The notes under the pieces were generated by a model. The model was given only the letters and a program-made list of their open reading frames with translations, had not been told where the DNA came from and did not search any database. Source: an uncultured Pseudomonadota bacterium (GTDB lineage Bacteria > Myxococcota_A > Polyangia > Fen-1088). From it: DNA of 64,000 bases. Location of the stretch: positions 879,288 through 943,287 of the forward strand of contig CAWKBC010000027.1 in NCBI GenBank assembly GCA_963847705.1, read 5' to 3'. Shown here in pieces: positions 21,756-32,973 of the stretch. Within the stretch, counting starts at the first letter, position 1, and each line of letters starts with the position of its first letter. The position numbers and the translations under genes were made by a program.

Positions 21756-22387
21756 ATGCGAAAGGACCTCCAAGACTTGTGGACGCTCGCTGAGCCCTAC
21801 GTTCGCGACGCAGGCTTCGATCTGATCGAAGTCCAGTTTGCGCGTGAGCAACGGGGTGCGGTGCTGCGTCTTTTCATCGATCGGCCGGCTGGTTCCGAGC
21901 AAGGTCAGACGCTCGACCAGGCGCTCATCGGTGTCGACGATTGCGAGCGCGTCAGTCGCGACGTGTCGGCGGCGCTCGACGTGGCCGATAACATTTCACA
22001 CACGTACTTGTTGGAAGTGAGCTCGCCCGGGCTTGATCGGCCCCTGCGGCGAGAGCGGGATTTTGCGCGGTTCGTGGGGGAGAGCGCACGCGTGCGGCTC
22101 GAGGCGGGGGTCGAGGGGCGGCGCAACTTTTCCGGGACCATCCAGGCGGCCAAGGACGGCCGCGTGGAGATCGCTTGTGATGGCCGGTCTTACGAGCTCC
22201 CCATCGACGACATCGTGCGCGCGAACCTCATCCCCGATTGGGATCGGGAGTTCGCTCGTGCGGGCGAAGCGCAGCCTGGATCCGTTCCAGCCGGCGCCAA
22301 GCCCAACGAGAAGTCCATCGCGGGGGGGCGCGAGGTCCCTTCGAAGGTCTCTTCGAAGGGCGCCTCATCCAATAATCGGAGTGCCTC

Positions 22388-22391
<4 letters not shown>
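21756..22391 (+). CDS. rimP: Ribosome maturation factor RimP (C-terminal extension)
   Basis: [27 protein letters not shown]. Confidence 0.95.
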
Positions 22392-23842
<1,451 letters not shown>

Positions 23843-23860
23843 CGATGCGCCAGGGCCCCC

Positions 23861-24139
23861 ATGCCTGTTTCCACCCGAACCTGTATTGGCTGCCGCAAGC
23901 GCGGCCCAGCGGGCGAGATGGTTCGGCTCGCCCGGGCGACCGAGACGGGCACAGTGAAGGTCGCGTCACCAGGGCGCGGACCAGGGCGGGGGGCCTCGCT
24001 TCATCCGCGCGCGGAGTGCATCGAGGGGGCCCTGCGCCCCGGCGTGCTCTCTCGCGCCTTCAAACAGCCGGTCGACATGTCGTCCGATTCGGCTCGCCTT
24101 CTTCGCAGTCTTGGCCTTGCTGGCCAATTGGGCAATTGA
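23861..24139 (+). CDS. YlxR/DUF448 family protein
   Basis: RTCIGCR, GRGA.LHP..ECI, LSRAFK; between nusA and infB. Confidence 0.85.
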   Translation: MPVSTRTCIGCRKRGPAGEMVRLARATETGTVKVASPGRGPGRGASLHPRAECIEGALRPGVLSRAFKQPVDMSSDSARLLRSLGLAGQLGN

Positions 24140-24167
24140 CCACGGTCTCGCGTAACCAGGGGACATC

Positions 24168-26889
24168 ATGATCAGCGGATACGACAGAGACAGAGCAGGA
24201 ACACCGGAAGCGCCGGTCGGACCGCGCGTGCGGCTCTACGAGCTGGCGAAGGATCTCGGCCTGCAGCCGAAGGATCTGGTCGCCAAGGTGCGCGCCATGG
24301 CCATCGACGTCGCCAACCACATGTCTCAGATCGAGCCGGCCGACGCCGACCGGATCCGGCGCGCCGTCGACCGCGAACGGCATGAGAGCCTGGTCGAAGA
24401 GCGTCTGACCGTCGACGGCACCGTCATCCGGCGCCGTTCGAAGGCCGTCGCCGCCGGCGCTCCCGCGCCCGCGCGGCCGGTGGTCAGCGCCGCGCCGGCC
24501 CCGGCTCCCGTCGCTGCGGCACCCGCCGCGCCCGCGCCCCAGCCGGTCGCCCCGCCACCACCGCCGGCACCTGTCCGTGCGCCCGAGCCGGTCGTGGTCG
24601 CCAAGGCCGAGCCCGCCCAGCCACCGACGCCAGCACCGGCTCCCGCGCCGCCCGTCGAGGTCGAAGCTTCGGCGCCCGTCGAGGCTCCTGCCCCGCCGCC
24701 TCCCCCCGCGCAGGCCGCCGCCCCGGCCGCCCCCGCGGCGCCGGTGGTCTCGAAGCCGATCGAGATGCCGGTTCCGCAGCCGCTGTCGCGGGCGGGCCTG
24801 AAGACGATCCCGCAGCCGGTGGTCACCGGCTCCGCGGCCACCGGCGCGTTCATCCAGCTCCCCGGCCTGGCCCCGCGCGGCACCGACGCCAACGCGCCGC
24901 GCGTCGAGATCAAGGACCGCGACGAGGAGCTGCGCCGCCTCGGCCGCAGCAACCTGCTCAACCGCGCCCCGGCCGGCCGCGACCGTTTCGGCCGCCCGTC
25001 GTTCGGTCCGGGCGGCCAGCGCCCCGGCAGCTTCCCCAAGAAGCGCGTCGCCGCCGCCGGCAAGAAGCTGAAGCAGACCCAGATCACCACGCCGGCCGAG
25101 CACAAGCGCGTGGTCCGCATGGGCGACACCATCGCCGTCGCCGAGCTGGCCAAGAAGATGGCCGTGCAGGGACGCGAGATCGTCAAGAAGCTCTGGGCCC
25201 TCGGCATGATGGGGGTGACGATCAACCAGGACATCGATCTCGACACGGCGACGCTCATCGCCAACGAGTTCGGGTTCCAGATCGAGTCGACCGCCTTCAA
25301 CGAGGAAGAGGTCCTCACCGACACCGAGACGCCGGACAACCCGGAGGACGTCGTCCCCCGCGCGCCGGTCGTCACCATCATGGGGCACGTCGACCATGGC
25401 AAGACCTCGCTGCTCGACGCCATCCGCAAGGCGAACGTCGCCGCCGGCGAGGCGGGCGGCATCACCCAGCACATCGGCGCCTACAAGGTGGCGGGCGAGA
25501 AGGGGGAGGTCGTCTTCCTCGATACGCCGGGCCACGAGGCCTTCACCGCCATGCGCGCGCGCGGCGCCCAGATGACCGACATCGTCGTCCTGGTCGTCGC
25601 CGCCGACGACGGGCCGATGCCGCAGACGATCGAGGCCATCAACCACGCCAAGGAGGCGCAGGTCCCCATCGTCGTGGCCATCAACAAGATCGACAAGCCG
25701 GGCGCCAACCCGGATCTCATCCGCAACAAGCTCGCCGAGCACCAGCTGGTGTCGGAAGAGTGGGGCGGCACCACGATCTTCGTGAACGTCTCGGCCAAGA
25801 CCAAAGAGGGCATCGACAAGCTGCTGGAGATGCTGGCCCTGCAGGCCGAGCTGCTCGAGCTCAAGGCCAACCCCAACAAGCAGGCCAAGGGGCACGTGAT
25901 CGAGGCGCGCCTCGATCGCGCCCGCGGACCGATCTCGACGATTCTGGTCGAGGACGGGACGCTGAGGCTGGGCGACCTGGTCGTCGCCGGCGAGTACTCC
26001 GGGAAGATCCGCGCCATGCTGGGCGACAAGGGACAGTCGCTCACCGAGGCCGGACCGTCGACGCCGGTGGAGGTGCTGGGCCTCGACGGCGTGCCCGACG
26101 CGGGCGAGGTCTTCAACGTCGTCACCGACGAGAAGGCGGTCAAGACGCTGGTCGAGCACCGGCACGACGCGCGCCGCAAGAAGGAGCTGGCCTCCGGGTC
26201 CGGCACCGGCCGGGTGACGCTGGAGAACATCCTCGACAAGATCAAGAGCGGCGAGGTCAAGGAGGTGAAGGTGATCCTCAAGGCCGACGTGCAAGGCTCG
26301 GTCGAGGCGGTCGCCAGCGCGCTGACCAAGCTGTCCACGGAATCGGTGGGGGTGAACGTCATCTCCACCGGCGTCGGCGGCATCACCGAGTCCGACGTCA
26401 GCCTGGCCAAGGCCTCCTCGGCCGTGGTGATCGGGTTCAACGTGCGTCCCGCCGGCAAGGCGCAGCAGCTGGCCGAGCAGGAGGACGTGGACATCAAGCT
26501 CTACCAGGTCATCTACGACGCCATCGATGACGTCAAGAAGGCCATGGTCGGCATGCTGGCGCCGATCTCGCGGGAGAAGCTGCTCGGCAAGGCCGAGGTC
26601 CGCCAGGTCTTCACCATCCCCAAGGCCGGCACCATCGCCGGCAGCTTCGTCACCGAGGGGAAGATCACCCGGAAGGCGCATCCTCCGCCTGGTGCGCGAT
26701 GCGGTGGTCATCTACACCGGCAAGGTCGGCTCGCTGCGCCGGTTCAAGGACGACGCCTCCGAAGTGGCGGCGGGCTACGAGTGCGGCCTGTCGATCGAGG
26801 GCTACGCCGACGTCCGCGTCGGCGACATCATCGAAGCGTTCGAGATCGAGACGATCGCCGCCACCCTCGACGCTCCGAAGGCGTCATGA
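24168..26889 (+). CDS. infB: Translation initiation factor IF-2, +1 frameshift at ~26682 (probable sequence error)
   Basis: [29 protein letters not shown]; C-terminus LRLVRD...SLRRFKDD...ECG continues in the next frame to TGA 26889. Confidence 0.93.
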
Positions 26890-26895
26890 TCGCCC

Positions 26896-26927
26896 GGGAA
26901 CCCTGGAGGGTTCCCGATCCGCGCGAT
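26896..26927 (-). repeat. Truncated two-hairpin element (second hairpin plus CGCGAT)
   Basis: GGGAACCCT-GG-AGGGTTCCC-GATCCGCGCGAT. Confidence 0.65.
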
Positions 26928-27252
26928 GACGGTTGCCATCGCGCGGGTCACGCTCGTCCTGGCCGCCGCGCGGTCGCTCAAGGACAAGCGTTCGGTCGTG
27001 AAGCGTCTCAAGGATCTGGTGCGAAACCAATTCAACGTCTCGATCGCCGAGGTCGACGCGCATGACAACTGGCAGCGCGCCGTGCTCGGCCTGACGCTGG
27101 TGGGGAGCGACCGACGCTTCGCCGAGTCGGCCATCGACGAGGTGCTGCGCTTCGTGCGCGACCACGCCGACGTGGCCAAGGACGAGCACGAGCTGCAGGA
27201 CTTCGGCGGCGGCGCGCTCAACGGTCCCGACTTCACGCACTGGGAGGGGTAG
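26926..27252 (+). CDS. DUF503 (YlxP) family protein
   Basis: [25 protein letters not shown]. Confidence 0.9.
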   Translation: MTVAIARVTLVLAAARSLKDKRSVVKRLKDLVRNQFNVSIAEVDAHDNWQRAVLGLTLVGSDRRFAESAIDEVLRFVRDHADVAKDEHELQDFGGGALNGPDFTHWEG

Positions 27253-27259
27253 GGAGCAG

Positions 27260-27709
27260 ATGTCGCAACGGGTGGAGCGCGTGGCGAGCGAAGTGCGCGG
27301 GGTGCTGGGCGAGGTCCTGGCGCGCGACGAGATCGAGGATCCGCGCGTGCGGGGCGCCGGCCTCATCACGGTCACCCATGTGCGCGTCTCGGGCGATCTG
27401 CAGCACGCGCGCGCCTCCTTCACCGTGCACGGACTCGACGACGCGGCGCTCGAGCGGGTGCGCACCGGGCTCAACCACGCGAGCGGCTACTTCCGCCAGG
27501 CGATCTCCCGCCGCCTGCGGATGAAGGTCGCGCCGGCCGTCACCTTCGTGGTCGACCAGGTGTTCGAGCAAGCGGCGCACGTGGAGCAGCTCCTGCGCGA
27601 GATTCATCCGGCGGTCGCCAAACCAGAAGCAGCGACCGAACCGGACGCCGACGGCGAAGAGACGGATGCCGACGAGCCGGACGACGGCGAGCCGGACCCC
27701 AAGGAGTAG
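27260..27709 (+). CDS. rbfA: Ribosome-binding factor A
   Basis: RVERVA, DPR, ITVT.VRVSGDL..A, P..TFVVD. Confidence 0.93.
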   Translation: MSQRVERVASEVRGVLGEVLARDEIEDPRVRGAGLITVTHVRVSGDLQHARASFTVHGLDDAALERVRTGLNHASGYFRQAISRRLRMKVAPAVTFVVDQVFEQAAHVEQLLREIHPAVAKPEAATEPDADGEETDADEPDDGEPDPKE

Positions 27710-27711
27710 CG

Positions 27712-28704
27712 CTGGTTTCCGACGCCGTCCTGATCGTCGACAAGCCGGTCGGTCCGACCTCGTTCGCGGTGGTCCGCCAGGTCCGTCACGCGGCGGGGGT
27801 CCGGCGCGTCGGGCACGGCGGGACGCTCGACCCGCTGGCCTCCGGCGTTTTGCCGGTCTGCCTCGGTGAGGCCACCAAGCTGGCGCCTTTTCTGCTGAGC
27901 GCCGACAAGGAGTACGACGTGACGATCCGCCTCGGCGTCGAGACCGACACCGACGACGCGGAAGGTGCCACGACCGCCACCTGCGACGTTGCAGCGTTGG
28001 CGCCTGTGACAGCCAGTGTCGTCAGCGATGCGCTGGCTCAGTTCCGGGGCGCCATCGAGCAAACGCCGCCCGCCTACGCGGCAATCAAGCGTGAGGGACG
28101 GCCGCTCTATTCCTACGCGCGCGCTGGAGAGTCGATCGAGGTGGCGCCGCGGGCCGTGGTCATCCACGCGCTGGAGATGACCCACTTCGGCGGGCCCGAG
28201 GACGTTCGCCTCCACGTTCACTGCTCCAAGGGGACCTACGTCCGGGCGCTGGCGCGCGACCTCGGCCGCCTCCTCGGGGTGGGCGGCCACGTCACGGCGC
28301 TGCGCCGCACGCGGTCGGGTCCGTTTTCGCTCCTGCAAGCGCGGCCGCTGGCCCAGATCCTCGAAGCTCTGACGCAGGGCTCGCGAGGCTCGGCGAGCTC
28401 GTCCGACCTGTTGCTCGTCTCCCTCCCGGCTGCGCTGCGCGATCTGCCGCAACACGGGGTCGACGAGGCGACGGCCAGGGACCTGAGGGCCGGCAAGCGC
28501 GTCGCCTGGCAGGTCGCCACCGGCGGCTCGACGGCACCCCGCGTCTGCCTCCTCGATCCGACCGGGGACCTGATCGCCGTGGCCGAGCCTCGCCCGGACG
28601 GGCTGGTCAAGACGCTCCGGGTTTTTGGCGCCACCGCGGTGGACAAGACGGCGGCCAAAACGAGCAGCAAGACGAACCAGGACGTGGCTAAAAAACCGTC
28701 CTGA
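27712..28704 (+). CDS. truB: tRNA pseudouridine(55) synthase; probable CTG start
   Basis: LIVDKP.GPTS, VGHGGTLDPLASGVL, CSKGTYVR. Confidence 0.93.
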   Translation: MVSDAVLIVDKPVGPTSFAVVRQVRHAAGVRRVGHGGTLDPLASGVLPVCLGEATKLAPFLLSADKEYDVTIRLGVETDTDDAEGATTATCDVAALAPVTASVVSDALAQFRGAIEQTPPAYAAIKREGRPLYSYARAGESIEVAPRAVVIHALEMTHFGGPEDVRLHVHCSKGTYVRALARDLGRLLGVGGHVTALRRTRSGPFSLLQARPLAQILEALTQGSRGSASSSDLLLVSLPAALRDLPQHGVDEATARDLRAGKRVAWQVATGGSTAPRVCLLDPTGDLIAVAEPRPDGLVKTLRVFGATAVDKTAAKTSSKTNQDVAKKPS

Positions 28705-28778
28705 CGAGCCAACTTACGTTGACTGTAGAACTGGAATGTAGGACATTCAATCACCTCAAAAGAAAAGAAGAATCGTAA

Positions 28779-29048
28779 ATGTCCCTCGCAGCAGAACGCA
28801 AATCGTCAGTCGTGCAGAAGTTCGCACGGAAGCCCGGTGACACCGGGTCCCCCGAAGTCCAGATCGCCCTCCTTTCGGAACGGATTTCGTACCTCACCGA
28901 GCACTTCAAGGCCCACGTGAAGGATCACCACTCACGTCGCGGTCTTCTCATGCTGGTCGGCCAGCGCCGCCGTCTCCTGGACTACTTGAAGTCCAAGAAC
29001 GTCGACCGCTATCGCGCCGTCATCCAGTCGCTCGGCATCCGTAAGTAA
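28779..29048 (+). CDS. rpsO: 30S ribosomal protein S15
   Basis: [27 protein letters not shown]. Confidence 0.98.
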   Translation: MSLAAERKSSVVQKFARKPGDTGSPEVQIALLSERISYLTEHFKAHVKDHHSRRGLLMLVGQRRRLLDYLKSKNVDRYRAVIQSLGIRK

Positions 29049-29180
29049 GTAGAGCGTCGCGACGTCGAGCCGGACGGCCGCGCACCCAGTGCGCGCCGTG
29101 CGGCGGTCACGCGCGCGCTCGCGCGCCGTGGCTGCTCGACCACGATTTCATCGCTGCAGGCCACAGACAGGGAGATCACC

Positions 29181-31301
29181 ATGTTCGTACGTGAAGGCGT
29201 CAATTTCGGCGGCAAGGAGCTCAGCATCGAGACCGGCCGCATGGCCAAACAGGCCGACGGCGCGGTTGTTGTCCGCTACGGCGACACGATGGTGCTGGTG
29301 ACCGCGGTCGCCTCCACCGGCGTCCGCCCCGGCGTCGACTTCATGCCGCTCACGGTCGACTACCTCGAGAAGACGTCGGCCGCGGGACGCATCCCGGGCG
29401 GCTACTTCAAGCGCGAAGGGCGCATGACGGAGGTCGAGGTACTGACCTCGCGCCTCATCGATCGTCCGTCGCGCCCGCTCTTCCCCAAGGGCTGGCGGTT
29501 CGACACGCAGGTGATCGCCATGGTCGTCTCCACCGATCGCGAGAACGGCTCGGACGTGCTGGCGATGACCGGCGCCTCCACGGCGTTGCACCTCTCTGAC
29601 ATTCCTTTCGCCGGACCCTACGCCGGCGTTCGCGTCGGCCGCCTCGACGGCAAGTTCGTGATCAACCCGACCTTCGCCGAGCGCGCCACCTCGGACCTCG
29701 ACCTCATCGTCGCCGCCAGCCGCGACGCCATCGTGATGGTCGAAGGTGGCTGCGCCGAGGTGACCGAGGACGTCATCGTCGACGCGCTGATGTTCGCCCA
29801 CAAAGAGGCCCAGCCGCTCATCGACCTGCAGGACAAGCTGCGCGCGGCGGTCGGCAAGACGAAGCGCGTGTTCGTGCCGCCGGTCAAGGATCCGGTGATC
29901 GTCTCCAAGGTGGCGGAGATCGCCAACCAGAAGATTGAAGCGGCGATGGCCATCCGCGACAAGCACGAGCGCTACGCGGCGCTCGACGCCGCCGGCGGCG
30001 AGACCAAGACCGCGCTGGCGGAGACCTTCCCGGACCGCGGCGCCGAGGTCGGCGAGGCTTATGAATCGGCCAAGAAGAAGCACCTGCGCGAGCTGGTGCT
30101 GAACACCGGCAAGCGGATCGACGGGCGCGCGGGCGCCGACATCCGCCAGATCACCTGCGAGGCGGGCGTGCTGCCGCGGACGCACGGCTCGGCGCTGTTC
30201 ACGCGCGGCGAGACGCAGGCGCTGGTCACCACCACCCTCGGCACCAGCCAGGACGCGCAGCACATCGAGGCGCTCACCGGCAACATCGACAAGCGCTTCC
30301 TGCTCCACTACAACTTCCCGCCCTTCTCCACCGGCGAGACCAAGCCGCTGCGGGGCGCCAGCCGGCGCGAGGTCGGCCACGGCAACCTGGCCGAGCGCGC
30401 CATCGCCCGCGTGCTGCCGACCGAAAAAGAGTTCCCCTACGTCATCCGCATCGTCTCGGAGATCCTGGAGTCGAACGGCAGCTCCTCGATGGCCTCGGTC
30501 TGCGGCGGCATCCTCTCGCTGATGGACGGCGGCGTCCCCATCAAGACGCCGGTGGCCGGCATCGCCATGGGGCTCATCAAGGAAGGGGACCGCGTGGCGG
30601 TGCTCTCCGACATCCTCGGCGACGAGGACCACCTCGGCGACATGGACTTCAAGATCTGCGGCACCAAGACCGGCGTCACCGCCGTGCAGATGGACATCAA
30701 GATCCAGGGGCTGACCCGGGAGATCCTGGAGACGGCGCTGCGCCAGGCGCGCGACGGCCGGATCCACATCCTGGCCAAGATGGCCGAGGCGCTGGCCGCC
30801 CCGCGCGAGGATCTCTCGATGTTCGCGCCGCGCATCCACACCCTGCAGGTGAAGCCGGACCAGATCCGCGAGATCATCGGCCCGGGCGGCAAGACCATCC
30901 GCGGCATCACCGCGCAGACCGGCGTCTCCATCGAGGTGGAGGACGACGGCACGGTCCACATCGCCTCGCCCGACGGGATCGCGGTCAAGAAGGCGATCGA
31001 CATCATCAAGGGGCTCACCACCGAGCCGGAGATGGGCGAGTTCTACATGGGCGTGGTCAAGCGGCTGGCCGACTTCGGCTGCTTCGTCGAGATCCTCCCC
31101 GGAACCGACGGCCTGGTGCACATCAGCGAGCTCGACGAGAAGCGCGTCAACGTGGTGCGCGACATCTGCAAGGAGGGCGACGAGATGCTGGTGAAGGTGA
31201 TCGGCATCGACCGCGCCACCGGAAAGATTCGCCTCTCCCGCCGCGAGACGCTGGGGAAGACCCCCGACGTCGTCCACAACTTCCGCACCGCCGCCTCTTA
31301 G
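29181..31301 (+). CDS. pnp: Polyribonucleotide nucleotidyltransferase
   Basis: [36 protein letters not shown] and S1 domains. Confidence 0.98.
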   Translation: MFVREGVNFGGKELSIETGRMAKQADGAVVVRYGDTMVLVTAVASTGVRPGVDFMPLTVDYLEKTSAAGRIPGGYFKREGRMTEVEVLTSRLIDRPSRPLFPKGWRFDTQVIAMVVSTDRENGSDVLAMTGASTALHLSDIPFAGPYAGVRVGRLDGKFVINPTFAERATSDLDLIVAASRDAIVMVEGGCAEVTEDVIVDALMFAHKEAQPLIDLQDKLRAAVGKTKRVFVPPVKDPVIVSKVAEIANQKIEAAMAIRDKHERYAALDAAGGETKTALAETFPDRGAEVGEAYESAKKKHLRELVLNTGKRIDGRAGADIRQITCEAGVLPRTHGSALFTRGETQALVTTTLGTSQDAQHIEALTGNIDKRFLLHYNFPPFSTGETKPLRGASRREVGHGNLAERAIARVLPTEKEFPYVIRIVSEILESNGSSSMASVCGGILSLMDGGVPIKTPVAGIAMGLIKEGDRVAVLSDILGDEDHLGDMDFKICGTKTGVTAVQMDIKIQGLTREILETALRQARDGRIHILAKMAEALAAPREDLSMFAPRIHTLQVKPDQIREIIGPGGKTIRGITAQTGVSIEVEDDGTVHIASPDGIAVKKAIDIIKGLTTEPEMGEFYMGVVKRLADFGCFVEILPGTDGLVHISELDEKRVNVVRDICKEGDEMLVKVIGIDRATGKIRLSRRETLGKTPDVVHNFRTAAS

Positions 31302-31315
31302 AGAAGGCAGAAGGC

Positions 31316-31762
31316 ATGTCCACCGCGGCCCCTCGCATCCGGTTCGTGAAGCTGCGACCGGGTGCGCTGGCGCCGAAGTACATGTCGGCGGGGGCCGCCG
31401 GGCTCGACCTGGCGTCGGCCGCCGACGAGGCGATCGAGATCGCGCCGGGCGGACGCGTCGCCGTCCCGACCGGGCTGGCCTTCGAGATCCCGCCCGGCTT
31501 CGAGGGGCAGGTGCGGCCGCGCTCCGGGTTGGCCCGCAAGTTCGGCATCGGCCTCCCCAACGCGCCGGGAACGATCGACAGCGACTACCGCGGCGAGGTG
31601 GCGGTGCTGCTGGTCAACCTGGGGTCGGAGCCGTTCGTGGTGAAGCCGGGAGACCGCGTCGCCCAGCTGGTGATCGCGCCGGTGGTCATCGCGGAGCTGG
31701 AAGAGGTCGCGGAGCTGTCGGACACCGTGCGCGGCGGCGGCGGTTTCGGGCACACCGGCTAG
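31316..31762 (+). CDS. dut: dUTP diphosphatase
   Basis: [32 protein letters not shown]. Confidence 0.97.
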   Translation: MSTAAPRIRFVKLRPGALAPKYMSAGAAGLDLASAADEAIEIAPGGRVAVPTGLAFEIPPGFEGQVRPRSGLARKFGIGLPNAPGTIDSDYRGEVAVLLVNLGSEPFVVKPGDRVAQLVIAPVVIAELEEVAELSDTVRGGGGFGHTG

Positions 31763-31894
31763 CTTCTTCGCTTCGCGTTCTCTGACCGCAGGGCCACGGC
31801 CACGCCGCCGGCGTCCCGTTCCTTGACCGGGCCGTCCGTGCGATAACCCGGCGGTTCCTGGTGGGCCTTTTGTCACTTGTGCCCACGCCAGCCA

Positions 31895-31912
31895 TGTGAA
31901 TACTTATCCACA
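31895..31912. promoter_or_regulatory. Putative ARG box (ArgR operator)
   Basis: TGTGAATACTTATCCACA imperfect palindrome similar to TGAATAwwwATTCA, abutting the argC ATG; argR is in the same operon. Confidence 0.65.
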
Positions 31913-32973
31913 TGACGAATGAACCATCCAGAATCCCGGTGGGGATCATCGGCGTCTCCGGCTACTCGGGAATGGAGCTGGCGCGTCTTCTGGCTGGCCA
32001 TCCGCGGTTCTCGCTGGAGCTGGCGGTGAGCGACAAGTGGGCGGGCGACACGGTCGGAGACCGCCTCCCGTTCGGCGGCCCGACGGCGACGGTGCGCATT
32101 CGTCCCCAGGCCGAGGCTGCGGCGGCCATGCCCGGACTCGAGCTGGTCTTTCTCTGCACGCCCGCCGAGGCCTCGCTGGAGCTGGCGGCGCAGGCGCTGG
32201 AGGCCGGGGTGCGGGTCGTCGACCTCTCGGGGGCCTTCCGGCTGGCCGCGGATGAATATCCACGCTGGTACGGGTTCACCCACCCCCGCGCCGATTTGCT
32301 GGCGCTCGCCTGTTACGCCATGCCGGAGGCGGGCAGCTCGGGCGACATCCGGCAGGCCAGGCTGGTCTCCAACCCCGGCTGCTACGCCACCGCCAGCACG
32401 CTGGCCACGCTGGCCCTGCTCCGCGGCGGCGTGATCGCCAGGGAAGGGATCGTCATCGACGCCAAGAGCGGGATGACCGGCGCCGGGCGCAAGGCGAGCG
32501 AGGAGATGTCGTTCACCGAGCTCGACGGCGACTTCCGGGCCTACAAGGTGCTCAAGCACCAGCACACGCCGGAGATCGAGCGGACGCTGGCGCTGGCCGG
32601 CGCCGGCGCGCTGCGCGTCACCTTCACGCCTTACTTTCTGCCGGTGCGGCGCGGGATCCTGGCCACGGTCTACGGGCGGCTTCTGCCCGGGAAGACCGGC
32701 GGGGACGCGGCGGCGGCCATCAAGACGTTCGTCGCCGACCGCCCCTTCTTGCGGGCGACCAAGCCGGAGGGGGTGCGCCTGCACGCTGTCGTGGGGACGA
32801 ACCGGGTCCTCCTGGCGGCCGACTCCGATCCGGAGCGCGGGGTGGCGATCGCCTTCGCCGCCATCGACAACCTGGTCAAAGGAGCCGCCGGGCAGGCGGT
32901 CCAGAACGCCAACCTGATGTTCGGGCTCGCCGAGACGGCCGGGCTCGAGCTTCTCGGAGGGACTGCACCTTGA
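31912..32973 (+). CDS. argC: N-acetyl-gamma-glutamyl-phosphate reductase
   Basis: GVSGYSG, VDLSGAFRL, NPGCY, SG.TGAGR, HQHTPEI, IDNLVKGAAGQA. Confidence 0.96.
   Translation: MTNEPSRIPVGIIGVSGYSGMELARLLAGHPRFSLELAVSDKWAGDTVGDRLPFGGPTATVRIRPQAEAAAAMPGLELVFLCTPAEASLELAAQALEAGVRVVDLSGAFRLAADEYPRWYGFTHPRADLLALACYAMPEAGSSGDIRQARLVSNPGCYATASTLATLALLRGGVIAREGIVIDAKSGMTGAGRKASEEMSFTELDGDFRAYKVLKHQHTPEIERTLALAGAGALRVTFTPYFLPVRRGILATVYGRLLPGKTGGDAAAAIKTFVADRPFLRATKPEGVRLHAVVGTNRVLLAADSDPERGVAIAFAAIDNLVKGAAGQAVQNANLMFGLAETAGLELLGGTAP

Noticed and set aside
26670-26889. Programmed frameshift in infB
   Set aside because: Essential gene, no recoding signal, and one extra C explains it.
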